DNA of 63,817 nt, filler included, from Octopus bimaculoides (lineage: Eukaryota): the NCBI RefSeq assembly GCF_001194135.2. It is 6 parts of 5 records of this genome, joined end to end, with 100 filler letters (N's around TTAATTAATTAA, not from the genome) between each part and the next. Parts side by side here need not be neighbours in the genome. Positions count along the whole stretch, not along the records: positions 1 to 19,853 come from NC_068982.1; positions 19,954 to 49,890 come from NC_068995.1; 4 more parts are not named here. The stretch is one strand, 5' to 3'. A program made the position numbers and the translations under genes. The notes under the pieces are model-generated. The model ran no database searches. It was given only the letters and a program-made list of their open reading frames with translations, and was not told where the DNA came from. Positions within the stretch are counted from its first letter, which is position 1; each line of letters starts with the position of its first letter. Shown piece after piece: positions 12,915-25,458 of this stretch.

Positions 12915-13310
12915 TTCTTTTACTCTTCAACTTGTTCCAGTCGTTTGACTGTGGCCCTGCTGGAGTACCGCCTTTAGTTGAGCAAGTTGACCCCAGGACT
13001 TATTCTTTGAAAGCCTAGTACTTATTCTATTGGACCCATTTGCTGAACTGCTAAGTTACGGGGACATAAAACACACCAGCATCGGTTGTCAAGAAAAGAA
13101 TATGTATTAAATTAAAGGCAGCAAGCTGGACGAAATGCTTAGCGGTATTTCGTCTGTTGCTACGTTCTGGGTTCAAATTCCACTGAGGTCAACTTTGCCT
13201 TTCACCCTTTCAGGGTTGATAAATTAAGTACCAGTGGTGTACTGGGGTCGATGTAATCGACTTGCCCCCTTCCCACGAAATTTCAGGCCTTGTGCCTAGA
13301 GTAGAAAGTT
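12915..13310 (+). mobile_element. Two adjacent SINE copies
   Basis: gactgtggccctgctggag...cctagtacttattct family, also at 15350, 15960 and 48490; gctgg..gaaatgcttagcggtatttcgtct family, also at 23000, 36540, 39990, 40350 and 54830. Confidence 0.8.
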
Positions 13311-14625
13311 GTTGGTGTTGTTTAACCCTGTTCAGTCCTGATACAGTGGATCCATGATTTAAGAGGTACTTGGGGTAACCTAAAGGTGCATGGCTGAGTG
13401 GTTTAGGTATTTGGCTCATGATTATCAGGTCATTGGTTCAATTCCTGGCAGTGCATTGTATCCCTGAGTGAGACACCTTATTTCATGTTGCTCCAGTCCA
13501 CTCGACTGGCAAAAACAAGTAGCACCTGTGTTTCAAAAAGGGCCAGCCTTGTCACATTACTGTGTCACCCTGAATCTCCCTGAGAACTATGTTAAGGGTA
13601 TACATGTCTGTGGAGCACTCAGCCACTTGCATGTTAATTTCACGAGCAGGCCTGTACCATTGACCAAATCAACTAGAACCCTGGAACTGATGGAGTGACA
13701 GTTTTCTTATTTTATATAAGTATTTATGATGTGATTTGAGGGAGATACAGTTGTTATTTCTAGCAGCTCGAAGCTCTCTCTTTGGCTTATTTTGCTACTG
13801 TTATTTATGGTGTTCTGGAAATTTCAGCTTTATTGTTTTTCTTTGAACCATATTTTACTGATTCTAACTTATTTATAGTCAGTATATTTGTTTATTTGTG
13901 GGATTTTTTTTTTCATATATTTTGCTTTCTGCTGACACTGTTGTTGTTGTTGTTGTTGTTGCTGTTCCTGTTGTTGTTGTTGTATAATACGATCTCTTAC
14001 ATCTTAATCACTCTAAATTAACGAACAAATTTAAAAATATATAAATATTTGGCATTTGATAAACTAAATTAATTGAATTATTTTGAAAGCAACGAAAAAT
14101 ATAAACAAGTAAATAAATAAGGCAATAAAATGTAATAAAATATATATGCAAAACAAATAAAAAAAATAAAATTAGATGCTGCTTTTGTTTGCTGGGACTT
14201 TTTGTTTTGCTTATTTATTATTTATTTTTTGTTGCTTATGTTAATGATTTTACGACTTAAAGCATATTTTTTATTAGATTTATCAGAGTTTAGGATTTTA
14301 AATACATTTAGGCAACATGTAGTCTAATACATGAAGAACGAAGACTCATAATACATGGAAAGTCAGGAAACATGGAAAGAAAATGAGGAAAAGCTTGTTC
14401 TAAAGCACATTCAGGCTATCGGATGATTTTCTGTTAGGCTTATGACTAATTGTAATGGAATTAATTTTATGAATTAATAAAATTTACTTTTATTAACAAG
14501 TTGTTCATTCTACTTCCTTTTCTACATCCACCATCAGTACTTCGCTTTCTCCCGCTATAATTGTAACATAATTATAAAAGTAGTCATAAATGTAACTGCG
14601 AAAGTCGTAAAAGAACCAGTAAGGA

Positions 14626-14702
14626 TTGATAAGTACAAGAAGCCACTAAAAGACGAGATTGCGCAAATGTGGGCAATGAAGAAAGGAACAGTCATCCCAT
14701 TG
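14626..14702 (+). mobile_element. Short Dong/R4-like RLE-domain fragment
   Basis: Translates DKYKKPLKDEIAQMWAMKKGTVIP, matching the KY..L..EI..W....V.V.P motif seen at 40.8 and 54.6 kb. Confidence 0.55.
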
Positions 14703-15284
14703 GCACGACAAACCATGCCAAAGCAGAGAATAGCACCATTGTGTGGCTCCTGGCCTTGCTGTCAGTCAAGCCATCCAACTCATGCCAGCATGGAAAGCAG
14801 ATGTTAAATGATGATGATGATGATGACAACAAAATCTTTATTACATATGTGAAACCTTCATATTTGCATGTAGTATATAGAGGACTCCCTTGAAGTATTT
14901 ACTTTCTCTAATTGTTGTTGATAATAGATCCCGTTCATCCTTAATATCTCCAAACCACCCCATGCAATAATGGGAAGGAGGGAGAAGCTAGCTGTGCATC
15001 ATTGCTAAGTCACTAGCTTTAAATGTCTGAGAGAAAATCCTTGAGCAACTCAAAGGTGTATAACTTTCAATACACACTTGAAGCTATTTCCACCATTCCT
15101 TAGATTAAAATGTCTTTGCAGAAGTAATGAATGCCATGACAGCCTGTAATAGCTATCCCAAATATCTTAGACTACATGCCGGCAGGGGATGCCTCTTTTG
15201 TATACTTTGTCTCATATTCAGACAATGTCAAGTTACCACCCAAAATAAATATTCCAAACACACACACACACACGCACAGAGAGA

Positions 15285-15912
15285 GAGGGGGTGCTGAAAA
15301 GTTCCTGGCTTTGTGTAAAAGAAAATAGAGGAGGATCAGTTAATTACTCTCTTTACTCTTTTACTTGTTTCAGTCATTTGACTATGGCCATGCTGGAGCA
15401 CCGCCTGTAGTCAAGAAAATCGACCCCAGGACTTATTCTTTGTAAGCCTAGTACTTATTCTATCGGTCTCTTTTGTCGAACCGCTAAGTCACGGGGATGT
15501 AAGCACACCAGCATCGGTTGTCAAGCAATGTTGCAGGGACAAACACAGACACACAAACACAAACACATATATATACACATATATACGACAGGCTTCTTTC
15601 AATTTCCGTCTACCAAATCCACTCACAAGGCTTTGGTCAGCCCAAGGCTATAGTAGAAGACACTTGCCCAAGGTGCCACGCAGTGGGACTGAACCCGAAA
15701 CCATGTGGTTGGCAAGCAAACTACTTACCACACAGCCACTCCTGCACCTATGAATTATGATTTTATTCAACACATTTCCCTCTCAGATTCAAACACTTAT
15801 TGCAGTGGTCCTTCAGTTTTTCTAAGCCCTGTAAAAAACTTGGATGGTTTGGGTCTCCAGCTCAGGTCTTTCCCAATACCCTTAAAGCCAGGAACTTTTC
15901 AGCACCCCATTG
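15285..15912. mobile_element. Mariner family A MITE interrupted by a SINE insertion
   Basis: TIRs ggggtgctgaaaagttcctggcttt / aaagccaggaacttttcagcacccc; internal sequence matches 2900-3030; the insert at 15347-15752 is flanked by an aatta duplication. Confidence 0.88.
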
Positions 15913-15987
15913 TATATGCATGTGTGTGTGTGTGTGTGTGTGTGTGCTTTATCTTTTACTTGTCTTAGTCATTAGGCTGCAGCCATG

Positions 15988-16077
15988 CTGAGGCAGACTG
16001 TGGCCATGCTGGGGCAGACTGTGGCCATGCTGGGGCAGACTGTGGCCATGCTGGGGCAGACTGTGGCCATGCTGGAG
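15988..16077 (+). repeat. 21-bp tandem repeat (~4 copies) amplified from a SINE head
   Basis: Unit cagactgtggccatgctgggg; produces the spurious SAPAWPQ ORF. Confidence 0.9.
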
Positions 16078-16511
16078 CATAGCCTTGCAGAATTTTAAGC
16101 CCAATGACTTGATCCCAGTACTTATTCTTCTTTAAACCTAGTACATATTTTATGGGTCTCTTTTGCTGAACCTCTAAGTTATGGAGCCATAAACACTCCA
16201 ACGCACCCAGTGGCTTCAATGTCATGGTTCAGTAGTAGGATTCCTTCTTTTATTGGTTATGGCGTTTTTGCAGGGCAAATAGTCAGATATAGAACTATTA
16301 TCAATAATGCTAAAAAAATTTTGGTATTCAATAAATAAACTGTTAAGACATTTAATAAAACAAGGGTATAGATATGGTAAATTTGGTTAAACCCTTTAAT
16401 CGCTGTTTAGGTGGGAGACTTGAAATTTTAAATAAACATGGGGTCGTATCTAGTCTTCGATTTAGCAAATATTTGTAAAGATTTAGAATGTTAATGATTC
16501 AATTATTTGCT

Positions 16512-16570
16512 TACTACGTCACCAATATTGTTTGAGACAATTGACCAAGTAGTAATTGTGTACTACGTCA
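16512..16570. promoter_or_regulatory. Candidate promoter motif pair
   Basis: tactacgtca (CRE-like) at 16512 and 16561, with accaat between, at the CpG-depleted/CpG-intact transition. Confidence 0.25.
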
Positions 16571-16871
16571 TCTACAGTTAAGATAAGCTTTTAAGTTCTA
16601 GAAGTGATGAACCATGTGGTTTAGAAAAACATGTAAGTGTTAATGCTTTGTAGTTTTGTTATCTTTGAAACAGTTTTAATTTGGCTTTAATAGTAGCAAA
16701 GTTTTATAATAATAGTTAATTATAAGTGTACCTTTATTAGTTCCTATTTATAAATTTATTGTTTTTATTATCAGCTTTTGAATTATGAAATGATGTATTT
16801 CACTCATAATTATTATATTATTCATTAAATTCAATCGTGTTTTTGTTTTGGAGAGAATTGAAACTGTCTAT

Positions 16872-18094
16872 CTGGACGACAGTCACCCCTCCCCCTCACA
16901 CACACAAAAAAAAAACGAGCTTTCGGACATTTAAAAATTTTTCCTCTGCAGATTCCTAGGTTTTCGAAGACAGATTCCGAACATGCAAAATATCACGTTT
17001 TCAAAATTTTAAATAACACCCCCCACCCCCTCACAAATTTAAAATTTTAAACTTTTTTCGAATTTTTTTTATTCAATCTACGTGGAAAAATACGGAGGTT
17101 AACAATATAGCAAATAAAAAATGAATCAATTTCAAATTTTATATGAAAAACTCTAAATTTAATCCACCCCCCCCTCGCCCCTCAGCAAAATAAAGGGTCC
17201 ACGCGCGCGCAACAATCTCCACACCTCACTGAAAATGAACGACTGAGGCGGGCAACCCATGAACTCCACTCATTCTTAGTTAGATGTGCGAAATAACAGC
17301 CAAATCTCCAGTTTTTCTTCTTTCTTTAATTATCTGCTAACAAATTCGGAAATAACGTTTGGGAAAAACATTTATTTTACAAAATTCCAAGGTCAAACTA
17401 AAGTGTTTGACCCAAGCAAAAACAAAAAAAGTGCAATAGGTGTACAACAACATGTAGTAAACGAATATGAAAACAAGATTGCAAATAGGGGTGGGGAGAT
17501 TCGAATAATTAAATCTACAAAAATATCTAATTTGAGCAGTTCAACATATAGATACAAAAACTTAAGTTGAATTACAGAACAGAAGACACTTTACAAGGAA
17601 AAAACCTGCACAATTAAAATGATTTGCAACAAACTGGAATTTACTGAGGATAAAATCTCAGCAATATGTTTCAGAAAAGTGTAGAAGTTCTGGAGTCCGT
17701 TTTTGGTCATGTTAAAACTCGCTATGCATTCGTCAACAAGTGACCATTGCGTTAGTTTAACTCTGGGATCAAAGTAACATCTTTCTCCAATGAATGATCT
17801 TTAGTTAAAAAGCAACAGAGAGCAGACAAACGGCAATTTAGAATTAAAATTAGAAAGTTTAATGTCTTCAAGCATGTATGTGTATATATATGTTTACACA
17901 CATTTCGAAAAAAGTTACTTAAAAAATTGGTGAGTGGAATTTAAAATTTCAAAAACGTGATTTTGCATATTCGGAATCTCCGTCATCGAAAACTTAGTAT
18001 TCCACTGAGAATCGTTTACTTTTAAAGCGATAAAACAAGACCGACATATTCCGAAAGCTCGCCTTTTTTTAAGGAGTGGGGGTGACTCGTCCAG
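16872..18094. mobile_element. Non-autonomous DNA transposon with long imperfect TIRs (~1.2 kb)
   Basis: Left end ctggacga..gtcacccc..cgagctttcgga..gattccgaacatgcaaaa mirrors the reverse complement of 17930-18094; related subterminal motifs occur at 60058-60402. Confidence 0.8.
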
Positions 18095-18572
18095 CTCCAC
18101 CATTGAATATAAAGCTTTCACTTTCTGTTATAGTAGTAACTATGGAAGGCTGGTGGGATTATTATTTGTATGAACTTGAAAGATTGGTCGCTATTTTAAG
18201 TAATTTAATAATTGTAGGTTTACTATTAATACCGATACAGATGTACATAGATTTATGTGTTTCTTTGTTGTAGTTTAATTTTTTAAAGTTAGTGTTTAAT
18301 CCTGCCTATATTTAGATTGAATACTACTGTACAAAGCATAAATGTGTTTGAAAGTTGTGTGTTTTGTTTTTTGGTTTGTTTGTTCCCAAACAACACTTTT
18401 AGTGCTGTTGACACTGCTGGATAGAATGGTACTGCACATGTGTCGAAACCATAATGATATCCGTGGGGCAGCTGATGATGGAGGTATGTTGGATTGTTGG
18501 TATGGCTGTTTTTGTATATATGGAATAGTGTTATAACACATCTTTTGATATATATATAAATAGAAATATTAC

Positions 18573-18856
18573 ATTTCTAAATCTCTCAGATTTATACAGT
18601 AGCTGCATGATAAAGTGATGGTATGTTGTCAACTTAATGTGACAGTCCCATGAAAGGGAAGAATGCTACTGTTATTTAGCCCTAGGAAACACCGTTTCCT
18701 GTTGGCTATTTATTGATTTCCAACAGGTAACAGTGTTTCCTAGGGCTAAATAGCAGTAGCATTCTTCCCTTTCATGTGACTGTCACATTAAGTTGACAAC
18801 ATACCATTACTTTATCATGCAGCTACTGTATAAATCTCTCTGAGAGATTTAGAAAT
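18573..18856. repeat. Near-perfect hairpin: 133/137-bp arms, 14-nt loop; third arm copy at 19043-19132
   Basis: Direct reverse-complement comparison shows 5 substitutions and one 4-nt indel. Confidence 0.93.
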
Positions 18857-19300
18857 CAGTGAATGTATTTCATTTGAAATATATCTGTTTTCAAAGGTGG
18901 ATAGGCATTAACAGCTAGCAAGCCATGCTACTCCAGACTGATGGTCAATGACTCTGAAACTAGTCTCTGGATGCTGGCTCTGCTGGGTGGAGGTGCTTAT
19001 CTACCCCTTTAAAAACATAAGGACACAGAAAATGTGTCATGGCCAACAGGAAACAGTGTTTCCTAGGGCTAAATAGCAGTAGCATTCTTCCCTTTCATGG
19101 GACTGTCACATTAAGTTGACAACATACCATCAATTTATATATATATACATTATATACACAAAATATAGAGGTTTAGTTCACTGGTGATCTAAACAATTAG
19201 GTATGCAAATCAGATTATTATCTGTAACAGATTATTAGGGCTCCAAGGTTATAACTGAGATGGTAGTTATGGAGCCATTGCAGATTTCCAATATAGCAGA

Positions 19301-19757
19301 TATATAATTGTTAAAGAGGAAAACGAACATTAAGGCAAGGCAAACATCTCAAGTCATATATGTTATTATTATTGGAAAAATTCAAAGTCCTATAACTGTT
19401 TCTGGGATGTTCCATTATCGAAGACAAATGGAGAAAATGAGAAAGGTACAGATTAATGAAATGACGTCATAGAGGACAGGAGTAAAGGGATGAAGCAGGA
19501 GAAGAAAAAAGAAGCATGAAAGTTCACAGTTCAACTTTCCGATTTTGCTTCTTTCTTCATCTTATTCTTTTACTCCTGTCTATGTTGTCATTTCATTAAT
19601 TTATACCCTTCTCATTTTCTCTATTTGTCTCCAGTGACAGAATATCCCATAGTCTGGGATATCCCAGAAACAGCTGTAGGACTTTCAATTTTTTTCCCAA
19701 TAATAATAATGTATATGACTTGAGATGTTTGCCTTAACATTTGTTGTCCTCTTTAAC

Positions 19758-19766
<9 letters not shown>
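19301..19766. mobile_element. Fold-back element with hammerhead-derived GAAACAGCTGTA motif in each arm (inverted Penelope-type terminal repeats)
   Basis: ~220-bp imperfect arms. The right arm has atcccaGAAAcagctgTAggac, as in the 26.86-kb hammerhead; the left arm has the minus-strand equivalent. Confidence 0.7.
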
Positions 19767-19795
<29 letters not shown>

Positions 19796-19853
19796 TTAAA
19801 GAATGGAGTAAATGCATATTATAACTGCATACTTTTATTCTGACATATGTTTC

Positions 19854-19953
19854 NNNNNNNNNNNNNNNNNNNNNNNNNNNNNNNNNNNNNNNNNNNNTTA
19901 ATTAATTAANNNNNNNNNNNNNNNNNNNNNNNNNNNNNNNNNNNNNNNNNNNN
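19854..19953. other. Artificial 100-nt scaffold spacer (44 N + TTAATTAATTAA + 44 N)
   Basis: The same six-frame-stop 12-mer sits inside N runs at 19898, 49935, 57958, 59907 and 62653. Confidence 0.92.
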
Positions 19954-19990
<37 letters not shown>

Positions 19991-19997
19991 TACACAC

Positions 19998-20039
<42 letters not shown>

Positions 20040-20373
20040 TTCATTTATTAGCCCTTTCTCTCAAACACACGTACACACATATGATTGTGCATGCATACGT
20101 ATATATATAAGTATTTGTATGTACATACAATCTCACACATATACATATATACCTTCACACAGACATACATATACATATATAAATATATACATAAATGTAC
20201 GCATGTGTGTAGGTATGTATGTAAGTATGTATGTAAGTATATCAACACAGCCAATCAGTCTCTACACATATACTTCGAAAGATTTATATGAGTGTCCATG
20301 ATCATATATACATAAGTACATAGAAATGTCTGCATACTTAAACACACAAATACACAAACACGCAAATACAAAC

Positions 20374-20423
<50 letters not shown>

Positions 20424-20592
20424 AAGAAGAAAATGGAGGGGATACAAAAATGACATTCTATTATGTCTATTTATTCTAAAACATATGGAAGTATTATAAG
20501 AATACATACACATGCAAAGAATGTGTGTTACACACATATGTTCTAGTAATACATAAAAGAGCAAAATATCAGTTCCTTACGGCCGTTTCTGC

Positions 20593-20708
20593 CAACAGGC
20601 CACGATAATTGGGTACACTATCAAGAAGCTATGATAATTGGGTACACTACCAAGCGGCTACAATAATTGGGCACACTACCAACAGGCTACGATAATTGGT
20701 ACACTGCC
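20593..20708 (+). repeat. 29-bp minisatellite, 4 diverged units
   Basis: Units are caa...gataattgggtacacta; no spacers. Confidence 0.85.
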
Positions 20709-20771
20709 AGAATTACATTGGATAGGTACTATCCCTTAGTTGGTTGGCTTCTCAACCTCTAACTCTCACGG

Positions 20772-20816
<45 letters not shown>

Positions 20817-21704
20817 AAGGGCTTCTTTTATTTTCCGTCAAATAAATCCATTCACAAAGCCTTCGTCAGCCCGAGGCTGTAGTAAAAGATAGCTTTCCAG
20901 CGTGCCACTAAGTGAGTCTGAACCCGGAACCATGTGGTTTGGAAGCTAACTTCTTACCTTACAGTCACACCTGTTCATAATTCCTAAATACATATATAAT
21001 ACATGTATATATATATNNNNNNNNNNNNNNNNNNNNNNNNNNNNNNNNNNNNNNNNNNNNNNNNNNNNNNNNNNNNNNNNNNNNNNNNNNNNNNNNNNNN
21101 NNNNNNNNNNNNNNNNNNNNNNNNNNNNNNNNNNNNNNNNNNNNNNNNNNNNNNNNNNNNNNNNNNNNNNNNNNNNNNNNNNNNNNNNNNNNNNNNNNNN
21201 NNNNNNNNNNNNNNNNNNNNNNNNNNNNNNNNNNNNNNNNNNNNNNNNNNNNNNNNNNNNNNNNNNNNNNNNNNNNNNNNNNNNNNNNNNNNNNNNNNNN
21301 NNNNNNNNNNNNNNNNNNNNNNNNNNNNNNNNNNNNNNNNNNNNNNNNNNNNNNNNNNNNNNNNNNNNNNNNNNNNNNNNNNNNNNNNNNNNNNNNNNNN
21401 NNNNNNNNNNNNNNNNNNNNNNNNNNNNNNNNNNNNNNNNNNNNNNNNNNNNNNNNNNNNNNNNNNNNNNNNNNNNNNNNNNNNNNNNNNNNNNNNNNNN
21501 NNNNNNNNNNNNNNNNNNNNNNNNNNNNNNNNNNNNNNNNNNNNNNNNNNNNNNNNNNNNNNNNNNNNNNNNNNNNNNNNNNNNNNNNNNNNNNNNNNNN
21601 NNNNNNNNNNNNNNNNNNNNNNNNNNNNNNNNNNNNNNNNNNNNNNNNNNNNNNNNNNNNNNNNNNNNNNNNNNNNNNNNNNNNNNNNNNNNNNNNNNNN
21701 NNNN

Positions 21705-21738
<34 letters not shown>

Positions 21739-22329
21739 TGTGTCTATGTATTTACTTTGTACGTATAATGATGTTCATGGATTAGCTTTGTCTTCATTTT
21801 CATCTTCAACGAAAAGAATAGCTTTTATCCATGATTTTGGTGAGACTGTAAGTTTCATTCTCGACAAATTAAGCTGAGTGTGTATCATAATTGATATAGT
21901 ATGATAATAATGTGCCATAATCGATATAGTTGTTATCACGGTTAGTGTTACTTTCGTTGCAGCCGCTGTTGATTATTTATGATGCTACTGTTGTTGATAT
22001 TGGCATTGAAGATCTAACTAAAATGTATGGTGTGGTGTAGTTGATAAATCGAATGGTATGCACCTGGTAGTTTGCCAGTAAAAAAATGCAGCAGCATCTG
22101 TTAATTTGCCTTTTCTATCTACGCTGACCAACAAGAAAACTTGCCATTATAAGTTGTGCGAAACAGAGTTTATTTTAACGAGATACCTATTGAAATCACC
22201 TGAGGAGATACATCTACACTGAAGGATACACCTGAACCAGTTGTGCATTGACCCACTGCGAGGAGATGGGTCGAGAAGATCGTAGTGGTGAATAACGATT
22301 CTCGTATTTTCCATCTTCTGTCTCTCTCA

Positions 22330-22369
<40 letters not shown>

Positions 22370-22860
22370 GGTATTAATATTTTCGGTCGATAACTGACGA
22401 AGAATTAGGGTCCTTGTGTCTGTCCGACGTGTACATTTTGTAGTATTTAATGCATTTTTCATTTATTATGATATATATATATATATAAGAAAAGAGATTT
22501 TTACGAGTAGTGGATGCACATAAGTATACAAAATATACAAAATAATTCATATATAATGTCCTATAAAAAAAAACCTTATAAGGGGAAAATATTGTTAGTA
22601 TATACTAATANNNNNNNNNNNNNNNNNNNNNNNNNNNNNNNNNNNNNNNNNNNNNNNNNNNNNNNNNNNNNNNNNNNNNNNNNNNNNNNNNNNNNNNNNN
22701 NNNNNNNNNNNNNNNNNNNNNNNNNNNNNNNNNNNNNNNNNNNNNNNNNNNNNNNNNNNNNNNNNNNNNNNNNNNNNNNNNNNNNNNNNNNNNNNNNNNN
22801 NNNNNNNNNNNNNNNNNNNNNNNNNNNNNNNNNNNNNNNNNNNNNNNNNNNNNNNNNNNN

Positions 22861-23224
22861 CAAGGCTTTGATCGGCCCGAGGCTATAGTAGAAGACAGTT
22901 GCCCAAGGTGCCACGCAGTGGGACTGAACCCGGAACCATGTGGTTGGTAAGCAAGCTACTTACCACACAGCCACTTCATACATGTATGTGCTATTTCTTT
23001 ACTATCCACAAGGGGCTACACACAGAGGGGACAAACAAGGACAGACAAACGGATTAACTCGATTATATAGACCCTAGTCCGTAACTGTTACTTATTTAAT
23101 CGACCCCAAAAGGATGAAAGGCAAAGTCGACCTCGGCGGAATTTGAACTCAGAACTTAACGGCAGACGAAATACCGCTAAGCATTTCGCCCGGCGTGCTA
23201 ACGTTTCTGCCAGCTCGCCGCCTT
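22861..23224 (-). mobile_element. Two SINE copies
   Basis: gggactgaacccggaaccatgtggttgg family, plus the minus-strand aggcggcgagctggcagaaacgttagcacg family. Confidence 0.8.
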
Positions 23225-23226
23225 AA

Positions 23227-23340
<114 letters not shown>

Positions 23341-23859
23341 CGTGAATGTGTGTTTGAATGTGTGTGTTTGTGAGTATGTTTGAGTTTGTGTGACCTGCAT
23401 ATTTGCACATACACACATACTCCTACATACGCAGACACTCTCACAAATTAGTATGCAGATATTTGGGAATATGCACATATACAGAAGCACACATACACAC
23501 TCAGGCGCATATCTAGCATGCACTTGCGAATACATACACACACGCACTCACACACACACACATGTACACCCACAAACACGCGCGAACACACACACGTACA
23601 CATAGACATCCACACACGGATGCACACACGCACACATACATGGGTGCACACATCCACACAGGCCCCTGCACGCACACGCAGACATGCATTTACACGAGCA
23701 AAACTCGCGCGGGCGCGCGCATGCACCTTCGTTCTGGGTCTGACATGGCCATTTTGAAAGGAATTATAATTTAACCCTCTCGCCCCTTCCTGACTCACTG
23801 CTTTCGCTTTCATTAGCCTCCTTCAGTGCTTTGGCTGTCGTCAAGCAATTTGTGGTAAG

Positions 23860-24276
23860 GAAAGGAAGGAAGGAAGCAAGGAAGGAAGCAAGGAAGCAAG
23901 GAAGCAAGGAAGGAAGGAAGGAAGAAAAGAAGGAAGGAAAAGGAAGGAATGGTGGCATGAAGGAAAGGAAGGAAGGAAAGGAAGGAAGGAAGGAAGAAGG
24001 AAGGAAGAAAGGAAAGAAAGAAAGAAAGAAAGAAAGAAAGAAAAGGAAGGAATGGTGGCATGAAGGAAAGGAAGGAAGGAAAAGGAAGGAAGGAAGGAGG
24101 GAAGGAAGGAAGGAAGAAAGAAAGACAGAAAGAAAGAAAAAAGAAAGAAACGAAGAAAGAAACGAAGAAACGAAGAGTGAAAGAAAGAAAGCAAGAAACA
24201 AAGGAAGGAAGGAAGGAAGGAAGGAAGGAAGGAAGGAAGGAAGGAAGGAAGACAGAAAGAAAGACAGAAAAAAGAC

Positions 24277-24331
<55 letters not shown>

Positions 24332-24672
24332 AAAGGAAGGACGGAATGGTGGAAAGAAAGAAAGAAAGAAAGAAAGGAAAGGAAGGAAGGAATGGTGGAA
24401 AGAAAGAAAGAAAGAAAGAAGGAAGGAAAGGTGGGCGGAATTAAGCGAATAGTGAAAGAAAGTGAAACGTGAAAAGTGAAAAGGAATGCTGGGAGTATTT
24501 AGGCCAAATTTAAGGGTTGGAATATGTCTGAGGAGTTCTGTTAATATTATAAGGGGACAAACGCTTAATTGACAACCACCCTTTGCCTGACCCCTTCTCT
24601 GATATGTGATGGGGATTTTGTGGTCTTAAGTATTCAGGTCCCTGATCAATTGTCTAACTTCCGGTTGTCCAG

Positions 24673-24721
<49 letters not shown>

Positions 24722-25205
24722 CTCTTTCTCTGTCTTTCTCTCTCTGTCCCTCTCCTATCCCACTCTCTTACTCTCCGTCTCTCCCCTCTCTCTCCACTTA
24801 CTCTTTTTCGTTTTCTTCCTCTCTCTCTCTTTCTCTCTCTCTCTCTGTCTCTCTCTCTCTCTCTGTCTCTCTCTCGTAGCCCCTCTTTCTCATTTTCTGT
24901 CTCTCTTCTATCTACCCTTTCATTTTCTCTCTTTCTTTCTCACTGTCTCTCTCACAATCTGTCAGTCTCTCTCTTAGTTTCTCTCTCTCATTTTCCCCTC
25001 ACTCCTACTCTCTCCCTCTCTCTCTCTCTCTCTCCGTCTCTCTCTCTCTGTCTGGCTGTCTTTCTGTCTTCCTTACTCTGTCTTTTTCTCACTTACTCTT
25101 CTCTCATTCCTGTATCCCTATCCCTCTCCATCTTTCTCACTTTTTCTCTCCCTATCCCCCTCTCTCTCCCCATCCCCCCTTTCTCTCCCTCTCTCCCTCG
25201 CTCTT
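23860..25205. repeat. Homopurine (GGAA/GAAA) tract followed by homopyrimidine (CT-rich) tract
   Basis: ~23860-24430 is purine-rich and ~24675-25205 is pyrimidine-rich; generates spurious K/E/R and S/L ORFs. Confidence 0.9.
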
Positions 25206-25269
25206 CAAACTTAAAATCCAAACTCTAATTCGCTAATCACTAATCTCCTACATTTAGTTAATATTCCAG

Positions 25270-25347
25270 ATGTTCCAGCTGACGATCGGGAGGAAGTGGC
25301 GGAGAAGTACGACGACGAAGATAAGGCGGAGGACAGGATGGATAATG
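25270..25347 (+). CDS. Candidate 78-nt symmetric (phase 1) acidic exon: xVPADDREEVAEKYDDEDKAEDRMDNx
   Basis: Acceptor taatattccAG, donor TG|GTaagg, GC-rich versus background, length divisible by 3; no family recognised. Confidence 0.45.
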
Positions 25348-25421
25348 GTAAGGAGGAATACGATGGTGAACATGTCTGCATACATACACACATACACATG
25401 CATATATGTGTGTGTATATAC

Positions 25422-25458
<37 letters not shown>

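Noticed and set aside
20593-20708. 29-bp repeats resembling a CRISPR array
   Set aside because: Units are contiguous without unique spacers, there are no cas genes, and the context is eukaryotic.
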